Positions 33,501 to 44,060 of a stretch of 64,000 nucleotides of DNA are shown one piece after another (position 1 is the stretch's first letter; each line of letters opens with the position of its first letter). The position numbers were made by a program, and so were the translations under genes. The stretch is from contig CP154954.1 of assembly GCA_039621445.1 (NCBI GenBank), forward strand, positions 40,913,572 to 40,977,571, written 5' to 3'. A model generated the notes under the pieces. The model ran no database searches and was not told the origin of the DNA. It saw nothing but the letters and a program-made list of their open reading frames with translations. Origin of the DNA: Euglena gracilis. Its lineage: Eukaryota.

Positions 33501-36500
33501 CATTTTTGGGCGCCTTTGGCGCCGAAAAGTATATCCCACCCCCCTCCGGGGGGACCCCCCCCGGGGGGGGGTGCTCGGCCGGACCCACCCGCCCTACCCC
33601 CCCCCCGGGGGGTCCACGACTAAAAAAAACCCTGGCACCAACCCCAGAGCCCCCATTGAAAGAAAGATATGAGGAGAAAACAGGGGGTGACAAACACACC
33701 GGCGCAAACAGGCACCACGGGCACAATGGCACGCGGTGCCCGTTCACGTCCGTCTCTTGCAGCCCGAAGCGGTGGTGGTGTGGCCACGCGCTTAATTTGT
33801 ATATAATTTTGTTTTATTTTCTGAGTCTCTTTAACTTTTCGAAACTTCAGGCGCGACCGACATCAAGCTTCATAAATTCCTGTGTGAATGGGACTCAGGG
33901 GTCTTCCCAGGTTAAAAGAACCCAAACCAGAGAGTGGTGTTCAACACAGGCTGGAGGGGATGAATGAGCTTGGGGTGGAAATCCAAACCAGGGGGGCCAG
34001 GGCAACACCTTCAGACCCGACTCATTATTTGGATTTTGTTTGACAAAGCAAATAAGCGCGTGGGCGGCAGCGAGCACAGAGGGAGGAGTCGGCCACCGCG
34101 TGCAGCATCTGGATGCGCTTCGCGGTGGCCTCCTCCTCCGTCTCGACAATCCACCAATACTCACCGGCAGGCTGAGTATTGGTGGAAGGCTGCAATGAAG
34201 AGCTGTTCTTTCTCAAAGAGGGTCTTCAACAGGGACAGCAATGGAGGTGTCCTCCCCCTGCAGCTTTTGTGGATTTGGAAGGCACCCAGGGGGAAAAACC
34301 CTCACCATATGAAAACCCTCACACTCGCCATATTTCATCATCTTTGACCCTTTCTTCAAAACTCCAAAATTGTGTCAAATCAAACAACACCCAGCCTGCT
34401 CGAGGAGTTGGCGGATTCCACGGTAGGGGGCGGTGATGGGGCCGAAGAGCCAGTCGATCCAGGTCGGGGCAGGGTGCAGCTGGCGGTGCCCCCAGGACCC
34501 ACTGGAGCGAAGGGGGCTGGGGCTGGGGTTTGACATACGGACAGGTGGGAGCTGGGGGTTAGACCGGGGGGGATCCCACCAAACAGTGGCGCGGTCTGGT
34601 GAGCGATCCGGCCCGGCGCAAAGCGCCAGGCTGAAAATGTTGCCCCTTCCCCAAAATCGGCCGAACGTGTTTCTTCCGGCACTTTTGGGCAAAATTTCTC
34701 AAACACACCAAAAATTGCCAAAAGTAACCCATAGAAATGGAAAATTTTGACTTTGGGGGGACCCCCCCCCGGTCGATCCGGACTCCCTTGGCGGTGTCCG
34801 AACCCCTGATTCAGTAGGGGCAGGGGACCCCTCCACCATACCCCCATACACCCTCTGTATATCAAACTCTGGGCTGGGGCCACACATCACCTTGCGCGGC
34901 CCTGGCCCAAAATGTGTGACAAAATGATTCTTCAAAACCCTCAGGGGCAAGGGGGGGACCCATTGGAGGTCTCAAAAAAAAAGCCACCCCGCGACTCCCC
35001 CCCCCCCCTGTTGCAGCCACTGGGCTGCATGGGAGCGACATCCCCACCCCATCGCAGTGTGGGGGGGTTCGACCCAACCAGGATTATTTCCCTCCCCCTC
35101 CTCTGAGGGTATGGTTATGTTCCAATTTTTGGAAAATAATGTGGTTCTGGTGATGGGTCATGGCATTGCTTGCAACCATAAAGCATTGCTTGGGGGAAAC
35201 AGGGTCAATTTCCATCCCCCCCCCGGCCGCTCAGGCCCAAAAATCAATGTGTTTTGGGCTTTTTTTTGCCATTTTCTGGACCTCTTTTTGACCATTTCTG
35301 GCCAACCCACCAGGGGAGGAGGGGCACAAAACCGGGAAGAAAACCACTCACTAACTGAGCACCACCCAGTGGGTCCTGTGTGGCGGACGCGCTCCTGCCG
35401 GGAGGCCTCCTGGTCCGCCTGCCGAACGGCGTCGGCGGTGACGACGTTGGCGGCGATGGGGACCTGCGGAAGAAAAAAAAGAACAAATACTAAGGCTGAG
35501 AAACATTTTGAGGAGTTTCAGGGTTTTGGGGGGTTGCCTGAAATTCACAAACATGGGGAACCTGGGAGCCAACCCCCCTCTACCCAGCCCAGCACAGGAC
35601 AGGGGGTTCTTTTTTAAGTTGCAGGAGGGTCCGGCCGAGCCCCCCCCCCCCCGGGGAATTATGTCATTGCTGATCGACCGGGGGGGGAGGGGGTCACTTT
35701 CCACTTTCAAAAAACCAGTCAATCATTTTTCAAAACCCAGCCACCCACTTCCCCCCCCCCCACCTGGCCGGGGTCAGTCACTTTGGCCACTCGGCAATCT
35801 GGCCCCGAAAATCACTCCCCCCAGGCCCCGATTTACACCAAATAAATTGCCAACATTTCACCATTGTGGGTTGTTGACCAGCAGTGGTTCTGAGTGGGGA
35901 ATTTGGGGGTGGGGAACCCAGCTGACCTGGTCCCGGGGGCTGGTCGCACTTGGTCGAACCCAGCTGACCTGGGCCAAAAAAAAAGGCCAAAAATCAAATC
36001 GAAGAGATTTTGGTCAATTATTTCCAGCAATGGACCAAAAAGGCCCGAGAGCATCATTGAGGGGGGTGGGGCATTCTTCAGTGCAAAATGGCTTGCCAGT
36101 GGACCCTCCCCCAGAGTCCTTTCGCAATGGCCTGCCCAGAAAATATCCATTTCAAAATTTTAACATTTGTCAGAAAAGGAAAAGACAAACCAGGGGGGGG
36201 AATGCGCTGGACGGCCCTCGGAACAATGCGCAAAAATGCGCAAAAAAAATGCGCAAAAAATGCGCTGAGTTTGTGACATTCCAAAGGAAAAGGACTTGGA
36301 AAAAATTCCAACAATAAACCCAAAGTTAAACCAAAATCATCAAAAAGAGCTGAAATGAAGGCAAAAAATGCATGACCAAGGCGTCACTCTCCGTTCACCA
36401 TAACCAACAACCAAAATGGCAAAATGTGCAAAATTGGGCAAAAAATGCGCAAAAATGGAAAATGTGCAAAATTGGGCAAAAAATGCGCAAAAAAAACAAA

Positions 36501-37517
36501 AAGTGGAGAATGTGCAAAAATGGGGGGAAAATGTGCAAAAAAATGCGCAAAAATGTGCGAATGCGCATTGTTTGAAAAATTGACAAAAATGCGCAAAAAA
36601 ATGCGGAAAAATGCGCAGCGCATTCCCCCCCCCCCCTGGACGAACCCAGCCATGCACAAAAATTGACAAATTTTTCATTGATAAAAAATATGGGGCCAAG
36701 ACTCCTCGAGCCACTACCCCAAGCCAATGGGGTGAAAGAAAGAGTGGGAATCAGACAAAAAAATGGGGAGAGGGTGGAGATGATGTAAACCCCCCCAAAT
36801 AACGCCCCCCCCGTTGTGCTATTTGGGCACGCGAACTGGGCCCCCAGGGGGGGGGGGTGTTATTTGGGGGGGTGCTATTTTCACATGGAAAACCAAAGGG
36901 AAACAGGGGGGGTGTTACTTGGGCGCTCGAAATCGGCCCCCGAGGGGGGGGATGTTATTTGGGGGGGGTGTTATTTTGGGGGGGATTACCCTCACCCCCC
37001 TCAAACTTTGGGGGGGTGAGGGTAAAACCCCCCAAATAACACCCCCCCCCTCGGGGGCCGATTTCTTATGCAAAAAAATGCAAAAAAAATGCAAAAAATG
37101 CAAATTTCGGGAAAAGCTGATAATGCAAATTATGCAAGTTGCATCCCCCCCCCTCCCGCTCAAAGTGGCCACCCCAAAGTGGCCAAAATTTTTGGCATTG
37201 GTTTCCCCCCCTCAAAGTGGAGGGCAGCCACATTGGGGGAGGGAGGGAGGGGGAAAGAGGGGCAAACCCGGCGGGCGAGGAGGAGCACGACGGCGGCAGA
37301 GATGGCGGCCACGGCCCGCGCTGCCCAGCTGGCTGGGGTGGGGCTGGGGCGTGGAGGCTGTGGGGCTGGGCGGCGGTGCTGGAGGCGTTCCGCTGGGGCT
37401 GTGGGGGCGGCGACGGTGAGCTGCGGGCTGCGGAGGGGTGCGTTGTCGGCGGTGATGTTGTCGACGACGTTGGTGTGAGGGGTGACGTTGGGGGGCTGGA
37501 AACGGACGGGGATGAAG
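27558..37517 (-). CDS. Multi-exon gene for a membrane protein with a CxxC...CxxC motif; probably extends upstream to at least 40.9 kb
   Basis: Thirteen exons join into one open frame: 37517-37268, 35463-35382, 34487-34402, 34162-34066, 33779-33700, 31971-31900, 31500-31417, 30894-30741, 29778-29665, 29127-29039, 28831-28748, 28552-28459 and 27610-27558. Example: ...RVRHRQLHPAPTWIDWLFGPITAPYRGIRQLLEYWWIVETEEEATAKRIQMLHAVADSSLCARCHHHRFGLQETDVNGHRVPLCPWCLFAP... followed by several hydrophobic segments. Five introns are nonconventional and one has an uncertain GC donor. Confidence 0.75.
27611..28458 (-). other. Nonconventional (stem-bounded) intron, candidate
   Basis: AGC-CAGGGTTCAGTGC ... GTGCTGTGCCCTG-CACAT pairs at 12/13 positions including GU. 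The join reads MG|RPNALRRAWKKLKHKLQ*. The downstream frame is not independently certain. Confidence 0.6.
28553..28747 (-). other. Nonconventional intron
   Basis: GTG-CAGGCCGTTGC ... GCAATGGCTTG-CCGCC forms an 11-bp stem (2 GU). In-frame join GNPPA|APPAAPP. Confidence 0.8.
32316..32965. mobile_element. TA-flanked MITE (TIR CCCGCCCCCCCTTGTCGTAC) with a CAG-type MITE (32333-32721) inserted in its left TIR
   Basis: TA at 32314-32315 and 32966-32967. Internal CCTGCAACCTGTGACC repeats. Confidence 0.85.
33382..33634. mobile_element. MITE (CAGGGGTTTTTTTTA...TAAAAAAAACCCTG) with 8-bp TSD GCACCAAC
   Basis: TSD at 33374-33381 and 33635-33642. Relatives at 29362-29610 and 60201-60468. Confidence 0.92.
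33780..34065 (-). other. Nonconventional intron
   Basis: GCC-CACGCGCTTA ... TAAGCGCGTG-GCCAC is a perfect stem. In-frame join LCARC|HHHRFG. No phase-compatible GT/GC donor was found. Confidence 0.85.
34163..34401 (-). other. Nonconventional intron
   Basis: GAG-CAGGCTGGGTGTTG ... CAATACTCAGCCTG-CCGGT forms a 14-bp stem (2 GU). In-frame join IRQLL|EYWW. Confidence 0.85.
34488..35381 (-). other. Nonconventional intron
   Basis: ACA-CAGGACCCACTGG ... CCAGTGGGTCCTG-GGGGC is a perfect 13-bp stem. In-frame join ERVR|HRQLH. Confidence 0.85.
36191..36638. mobile_element. MITE with TIR CAGGGGGGGGAATGCGCTG, internal AAAATGCGC repeats and apparent 7-bp TSD GACAAAC/GACGAAC
   Basis: Inverted termini. Architecture resembles 21576-22224. 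Confidence 0.8.
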
Positions 37518-38824
37518 CTGCTTGGAATCAGAGGTTTTTGAGCGCCAGGGGGCACCCTCTGGGCACTGTTGGACCCCAAAATGGCCACTCTGGGGGGCGG
37601 GGTGGGGGGGGGGGGTCAAATTTTGGACTTCGGCGCCAACGGCCCTTCAAGTTGGTGGGTAAACCAAAATTTGCAAAAAAAAATTGGCCACTTTGAGGGG
37701 GGTGAGGGTATGGGGGTATGGGGGCCGCATACCCCCCCCCCCCCATCATCCCCCTCCGGTTTACCGGAACCCAACCCACTTTTCCCCTGAAAAGGCCAAG
37801 AAAATCGCGAAAATGCTGAAAATAGCATTTCTCAAAAATTTTCGGCGCCGAAAATGCATCCCCCCCCCGCTGGGGACCCCCCTGGGGGGGGGTTGGCCGG
37901 ACCCATCCACCCTTCTCCCAGGCGTCCAAGACTAAAAAAAAAAACCACCTGCCCCCCCCCCCCCGTCCTGAACCACCCCCTATGTATTGGCACACTCGGT
38001 ACTGATTTCTTTTGCTGAATTGCTTTTCAGAAATCAGCGTTTGACAGGACAAAAACTAATTGCATGAAATGTGCACCCACGGCTGGCAAGAAAATTTCAA
38101 CCCTGTCAATTTTTTTGGCCAGCACCGCCAAAAACAATTGCCCAAAGGTCTCAAAAATAATTGCACTGTGCCCTCAAATATATTTGCACTCTGTCATTTT
38201 ACATTTGCTCAATGAAAAAAACCTGATATTGGACGATGGAAAAATATCCATGCCGGTTGAAGTTTCAAAGGGGGCAAATACTTTGGGGATAAGGTGCAAA
38301 CATTGTTGAGACAAAATTCAAACAAGTTGGTGGCGGAAATGCAAAAGTATATGGTCTGAAGTGGAAAAATTCAGTTGTTATTTTCCAACAAAAATTTTTC
38401 CAACAAAAAAGAAAAACTGAAACTTGTTCAGCAACCGCTTAAGGCAGCCTCAGAAGGGGGCAGTGGAAGTGTATAAGAAGCTGGGAGTGCGGAAGGCCAT
38501 TTGAGGCTCGCTGAGACCACACCATTGCTCGGCAGGTGGGGGGGGGGTCACTTTCCACCATGAAAGAACCAGTCGGTCACTTTGCCCCCCCCCCCCAAAA
38601 ACCAGTCACCCATCGGGCATGGGCCACTCTTAAATGATGAGGAGCCAATGAAATTTTGCCAAAAAGTCTCAGAAAATCCAAAAAAAAGTTCCCGCAACTT
38701 CGGCGCCAGGCCAGCCACTTTTCATTTTCGGGCCTGCCCCACCCCGGGGGGGGGGCATTCTTGGCCAGAAAACCAGTCAGTCACGGGGGGTGGGGTGGGA
38801 CGGTGTTTAGCCATGGTGGCTCAA

Positions 38825-39812
38825 TGGAGGGGCTCTGGCTGGGGCTCGCATCGAGGCTCGGGCTCGTCGAGGGGCTCTGGCTGGGGCTCATCGAGGGGCT
38901 CTGGCTCGGGCTCGCCGAGGGGCTCTGGCTCGGGCTTGTCGAGGGGCTCTGGCTCGGGCTTGTCGAGGGGCTCTGGCTCGGGCTTGTCGAGGGGCTCTGG
39001 CTCGGGCTTGTCGAGGGGCTCTGGCTCGGGCTTGTCGAGGGGCTCTGGCTCGGGCTCGCCGAGGGGCTCTGGCTCGGGCTCGCCGAGGGGCTCTGGCTCG
39101 GGCTTGTCGAGGGGCTCTGGCTCGGGCTTGTCGAGGGGCTCTGGCTCGGGCTTGTCGAGGGGCTCTGGCTCGGGCTCGCCGAGGGGCTCGGGCTCGGGCT
39201 CGCCGAGGGGCTCGGGCTCGGGCTCGCCGAGGGGCTCTGGCTCGGGCTTGTCAAGGGGCTCTGGCTCGGGCTCGCCGAGGGGCTCTGGCTGGGGCTCGCC
39301 GAGGGGCTCTGGCTCGGGCTCGCCGAGGGGCTCGGGCTCGGGCTCGCCGAGGGGCTCTGGCTCAGGCTTGTCGAGGGGCTCTGGCTCGGGCTCGCCGAGG
39401 GGCTCTGGCTCCGGCTTGTCAAGGGGCTCTGGCTCGGGCTTGTCAAGGGGCTCTGGCTCGGGGTCAGTGAGGGGCTGTGGCTGGGGCTCATTGAGGGGCT
39501 CGGCCTCAGCAAGAGGCTCTGGCTCCGGCTCGTCTTGGGGCTGTGGCTCAGCTTCGGCCTCATCGAGGGGCTGTGGCTTGGCCTCGTCGAGGGCCAGGGG
39601 CTCATGCTCAGCAAGAGACTCTGGCTCCTGCTCATGGAGGGACTCTGGCTCGGGCTGGGCCTCGTCGAGGTGCTCTGGCTCCGGCTCGTCGAGGGGTTGG
39701 CCGAGGAGCTCTGGCTGCGGCTCGTCGAGGGGCTGGGGCTCCGGCTCAGCAAGAGGCTTTGGCTCCGGCTCGCCGAGGGGCTCTGGCTGGGCCACATGGG
39801 CAGGGGTGGCAT
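38825..39812 (-). CDS. Probable Ser/Pro-rich repeat exon (24-bp units, SPSQSPS[TA])
   Basis: Long 24-bp tandem array with no frameshifts, lying between other minus-strand exons (37517 and about 40861-40790). Boundaries and frame are uncertain. Confidence 0.55.
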
Positions 39813-39894
39813 TGGGGAGTGCCAGCCAAGGGGAAAGGGAAGTGATTAGGTTGGGGAGGGAGAGTCTACAAGGGGGTGGGAGGGCGTACCCAAG

Positions 39895-40528
39895 TCTAGG
39901 GGGAGGGGAGGGGAGGGTGTAGTGGAGGGGAGGGGAGGGGAGGGCAAGTCTAGGGGAGGGGAGGGGAGGGCGTAGCGGAGGGGAGGGGAGGGGAGTGCGA
40001 GTCTAAGGGGAGGGGAGGAGAGGGCGTAGCGGAGGGGAGGGGAGGGGAGGGCAAGTCTGGAGGGAGGGGAGGGGAGTGCGCAGCGTAGGGGAGGGGAGGG
40101 GAGGGGAGTGCGAGTCTAAGGGGAGGGGAGGGGAGGGCGTAGCGGAGGGGAGGGGAGGGGAGGGCAAGTCTAGAGGGAGGGGAGGGGAGGGCGCAGCGGA
40201 GGGGAGGGGAGGGGAGGGCAAGTCTAAGGGGAGGGGAGGGGAGTGCGCAGCGGGGGGGGGGGAGGGCGAGTCTAGAGGGAGGGGAGGGGAGGGCGTAGCG
40301 GAGGGGAGGGGAGGGGAGGGCGAGTCTAAGGGGAGGGGAGGAGAGGGCGCAGCGGAGGGGAGGGGAGGGGAGGGCGAGTCTAGAGGAGGGGAGGGCGTAG
40401 CGGAGGGGAGGGGAGGGGAGGGCAAGTCTAGGGGGAGGGGAGGGGAGTGCGCAGCGGAGGGGAGGGGAGGGGAGGGCAAGTCTAAAGGGAGGGGAGGGGA
40501 GGGAGCGTCGAAGAGGGGGGAGGGGGAA
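39895..40528. repeat. Purine-rich (GGAGG)n composite minisatellite
   Basis: GGGGA runs punctuated by GCGTAGCG and C(A/G)AGTCTA. Confidence 0.95.
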
Positions 40529-42684
40529 TTTTGGAGGGGTGAGGAGCACGAATTTTTGTCAGCATGCAATTGCTCCAACAGTCAAAAAATTGTGATGAAA
40601 AAAAAATGAAAATGACTCCACTTCAGTCATTCCGACAGCCAAAAAAAATGTGATAAAAAAACAAAACAAAAAATGAACGATGAAACACCAAGAAATCATC
40701 ACCAATGCTTTATGGTCACCCAAGGAAAATTTTTCATGAAGGAACTGATCCCAATTTTCTGCAAAAGTGAAGCAACTGTGTGGCTGGTTTGCTGGCAAAG
40801 TCAGCAGGGGGGTGGGGACTGCCAGGTGGGGGGGCGCTGCGGGGCTGCGCTGCCACTCCACCTGTGAGACAGGAATGAAACGGAAGCAATGGTGATGTCA
40901 TTGGTTGCCCTAGATGCCATGCCCCCCAAATTGGTGGGGGGGGGGCAAAAAAAGAGTAGACAGTGATTTTAGAATTGCCAAAAATGAAAAATTTGCACCA
41001 AACTGCCCCAGAGTGCTAGATTGCCCCCCCCCCCGCTTCGCGAATCAGGGACCCCACCGGGAGGACTGGGAGGGAAAAAACGAGGGAAAAATCAGCAGAA
41101 TGTTGCAAAAAATCACACAAATGGATGAAAGTAAAAATTGGTGTAGGAAATGCGCCAAATCCCCATTTTTTTAAAAAAGGCCAGAAGAAAGTGTTCAATC
41201 TGAAGACGACAAGTCAATCTGTAAGGTAATCCAAAGACGACAACAAGGTCCAGCACTCCACTACAGCATTGCCACTGCCACCACCACTGTCATTGTCACT
41301 GCACTGCCGCTGCCTGCACTGTCATGAAGACGGCTCCCCCTCCCCGATCCAGTACACCACAACCCCCTTTCCAAACGAGCCATTTTGTGAGCCAAAATGA
41401 CGCCACCCCCAAAACCCAAAACCTCCAACACTCAAAAGATCAAGAAACTAGATGTTTTGAATACGTTGAAAAAGAAAGACCAAATTAACACTTTGAAGGC
41501 GCATCGAAAACCATCATGGTGAAGGTCCTGCTGTGTTGTTCTGGTGAACTTCAAAGAAGAGACAGGTCCACCCCCCAGACTAACCAAGTTGGGTATGGCT
41601 TTTTCGAGACATTCACCTTGGATAATTCGTTCCCATGACTGGGAACTGGGCAGAGAAAGTTGCAAGGAAAGTGCTTGGAATCCCCCGGTGCCACCCATCG
41701 CTGGATTCTGCTTGATGATTTGCCTTAAATCAGTGGCTCTGACTGTTCAGAGGGTTTCGCAACAAAACTGAAGGGCATCACGCAACTTCAGACATGTGCC
41801 ACAAAAAGGCCTTCAGGTGGTGATTTATCGATTGTATTTCCTTGACTGGACGAAATCTATGAAGATTTCAAACTGAGCCGCGCTGCTCTTCTTCCGTTGG
41901 GGTGGAACATGTCACAAAATTGTGGAGAGGCAAATCACTATGCGCTGCAGTAGCAGGGCCGTGCCATGCAGTGGAGCGGGAGTGCCATAACAATGAACTG
42001 GCAGCAGCAATGCAGTGGTTTTTCAGTGGTTTTCGTTTCAAAACGAGGAATGACAGTGGTGGTGCAGCGCAATGGCACTGGCAGTGCAGTGCAGTGGCAA
42101 TTCAGAATGGACTTGCCAACAACTGGTGGTGTCAGCTGGAAATTCCAAAATGCAAGTTCTTGCTGTTTCATGCCGGCTTTATGATGGTTGGGGATCTCTT
42201 GCGCTGATCAAGGGCAACCAGGACAACCTCAATTTTTTTGCAATAAAAAATTCACGGAGACAAACAAATTCAAAGTGACAAACAAAGCAAGAGCACACCA
42301 GCAGAGTGTTGTTCAAGATGAAGAAGAGGAAAAAATATCCCATGGCTTGATTGCGTAGTGCCAAATTCTGTTCGCGTAGTAAACGTAGAGCGATCCTCGG
42401 GCCTACCCAGAGAGCAGTTCTGATATCAATTCTGATGAATTAGGAATACCGAGATTCGTGTTCCGCGATTTTAGCGAGCCCCCGGCCCGAAACCTACATA
42501 GGGGAAAGAGGAGATCCAAGAAAGCATCAAGCAAGAAACAAACAAGCACAGTATGAAACAGATCAAGATACAGTGCCGCGGACACTTTGACACTTCTTGA
42601 GTCCTCCAGACCACCAACAGTGTCCCTTCATCCAAATATATAACGTCCTCATACCATGACTACCTGAACTATCTTCTATGTTCA

Positions 42685-42945
42685 CTCACAACAGTTAGCT
42701 GAATTCGCGGCTTTTGACGCCGCTACACGTCTTGCTGCTCGCTTGGGTTGGAATGCTCTGACATATGTCGGGGACAACATGGGCACTTGTTGGCTGGCCA
42801 CACACCTGAGGCCCGCACTTTCTAACAAACCACTCTCGGACATGGCGCGCAAGATCTTAAACCGGTGCTTGTGGTCTCGATTACAGGTACACGTGATTCA
42901 ATGCCCCACACACATACAGCCCGCCTACCCCCTGTCTCGAACCAT
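42685..42945 (+). pseudogene. RNase H fragment of a YR/LTR-type retroelement
   Basis: QQLAEFAAF...LTYVGDNMG...RKILNR...VHVIQCPTHIQPAYPLSR matches the E, DN and PAD.LSR motifs, with the last D replaced by Y. Confidence 0.7.
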
Positions 42946-43450
42946 CCCCACTTCCATCGCTCAAGTAATCCAGGCCGTCGCTGCCGCGCACGACCTGTGG
43001 GACAAACTATGCCACCAACCGAACTAGCTCTGGCTCATTGAGTAAACCCCCCAAATACCCCCCGGGGTATTATTTTTTCGCCCGAAGTCCCGGCCCGAGG
43101 GGGGGTATTATTTGGGGGGGGTATTATTTTCCCAAAATTTTCGAAATATTTTGAAGTCCCTTAAAACCCAAAATAGCACCCAAAACCGCCCTTTGGGGTC
43201 ATTTTTTTTTTGCACTTTCTTGTGAAATTTACCTTTTTTTTGGAGGTCAGATGAGCCAGAAAAATCCATTTTTTTCATAATTTGTTGTCGGAAATTGTGA
43301 TTTTTACCTATATTTTTAGGTCAAAAATCCGGGCCTTCGGCCCGAAACCAGGGGAGGGGGGGTATTATTTCGGCGGCCGAATTCGGACCCCAAGGGCCAA
43401 AATTGGCTTGTAGCTGAACCAAAAAAAAATGCGTCACTTGGGGTCTAGGC

Positions 43451-44060
43451 ATGCACCATCCGGGGAGAGAAGGTCTTCACATTGCCAAAACGAAAGTAGT
43501 CCCGTGGAGCCCAGGGAGTGGCATTGTCCTACTTGGAACACCGGCAACATACCCACAAGCCACAAAAAATGAATTTTTGAAGACATTCTGGGCAGCCAAA
43601 CGGCTTGAACTGAGATGTTTGCTGCGCCGAATTTCTGTTCTGGGGCACTCTCAGTATGAACATTGCTTACTCAGGTCCTCACCAGATGTATGTCGCATCA
43701 TGCACTTGCTCCAAACCACAGATACCACACACGTTCAACAAACACTACGCGACATTAATCATGACCTATCGGAGGCCGTTGAGAATATGATCGGATGCTC
43801 ATTACCTGAAGATCAAGCAGAACAAGTCTTCTTGCCAACAAAACTGGCTGGACTTGGCATCAAGTCACCCCTTCACCATCAGCATGTGGCGCGACTCTGC
43901 TGTATTGCCAGCTATGTGCACAACAAAAACCAATATCACAGCGCATTTCCTGGTAACATGGCAGAAAAGCAATTTCAACATCATGTCACAACACTACGGG
44001 CATACCTTGGACAAGAAGTACAACCGCTGAAGGATTGGTCACACAACCCTGCAATAGTTG
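43451..44060 (+). pseudogene. Non-LTR retrotransposon fragment (RT C-terminal/thumb region, CRE/RLE-clade-like)
   Basis: GIVLLGTP...CRIMHLL...QVFLPTKLAGLGI motif series. Confidence 0.75.

Noticed and set aside
34165-34257. Alternative exon GRTPPLLSLLKTLFEKEQ... with CAG acceptor and GTGAGT donor
   Set aside because: It would discard the GC3-rich EYWW exon and does not connect to exon 34487-34402; the stem-bounded model explains both. Not formally excluded.
38582-39922. Plus-strand 446-aa and 397-aa ORFs
   Set aside because: Antisense shadows of a 24-bp repeat; the neighbouring exons are on the minus strand.
41430-41880. Possible degenerate retroelement or recombinase fragment
   Set aside because: Multiple stops and no convincing catalytic motif.
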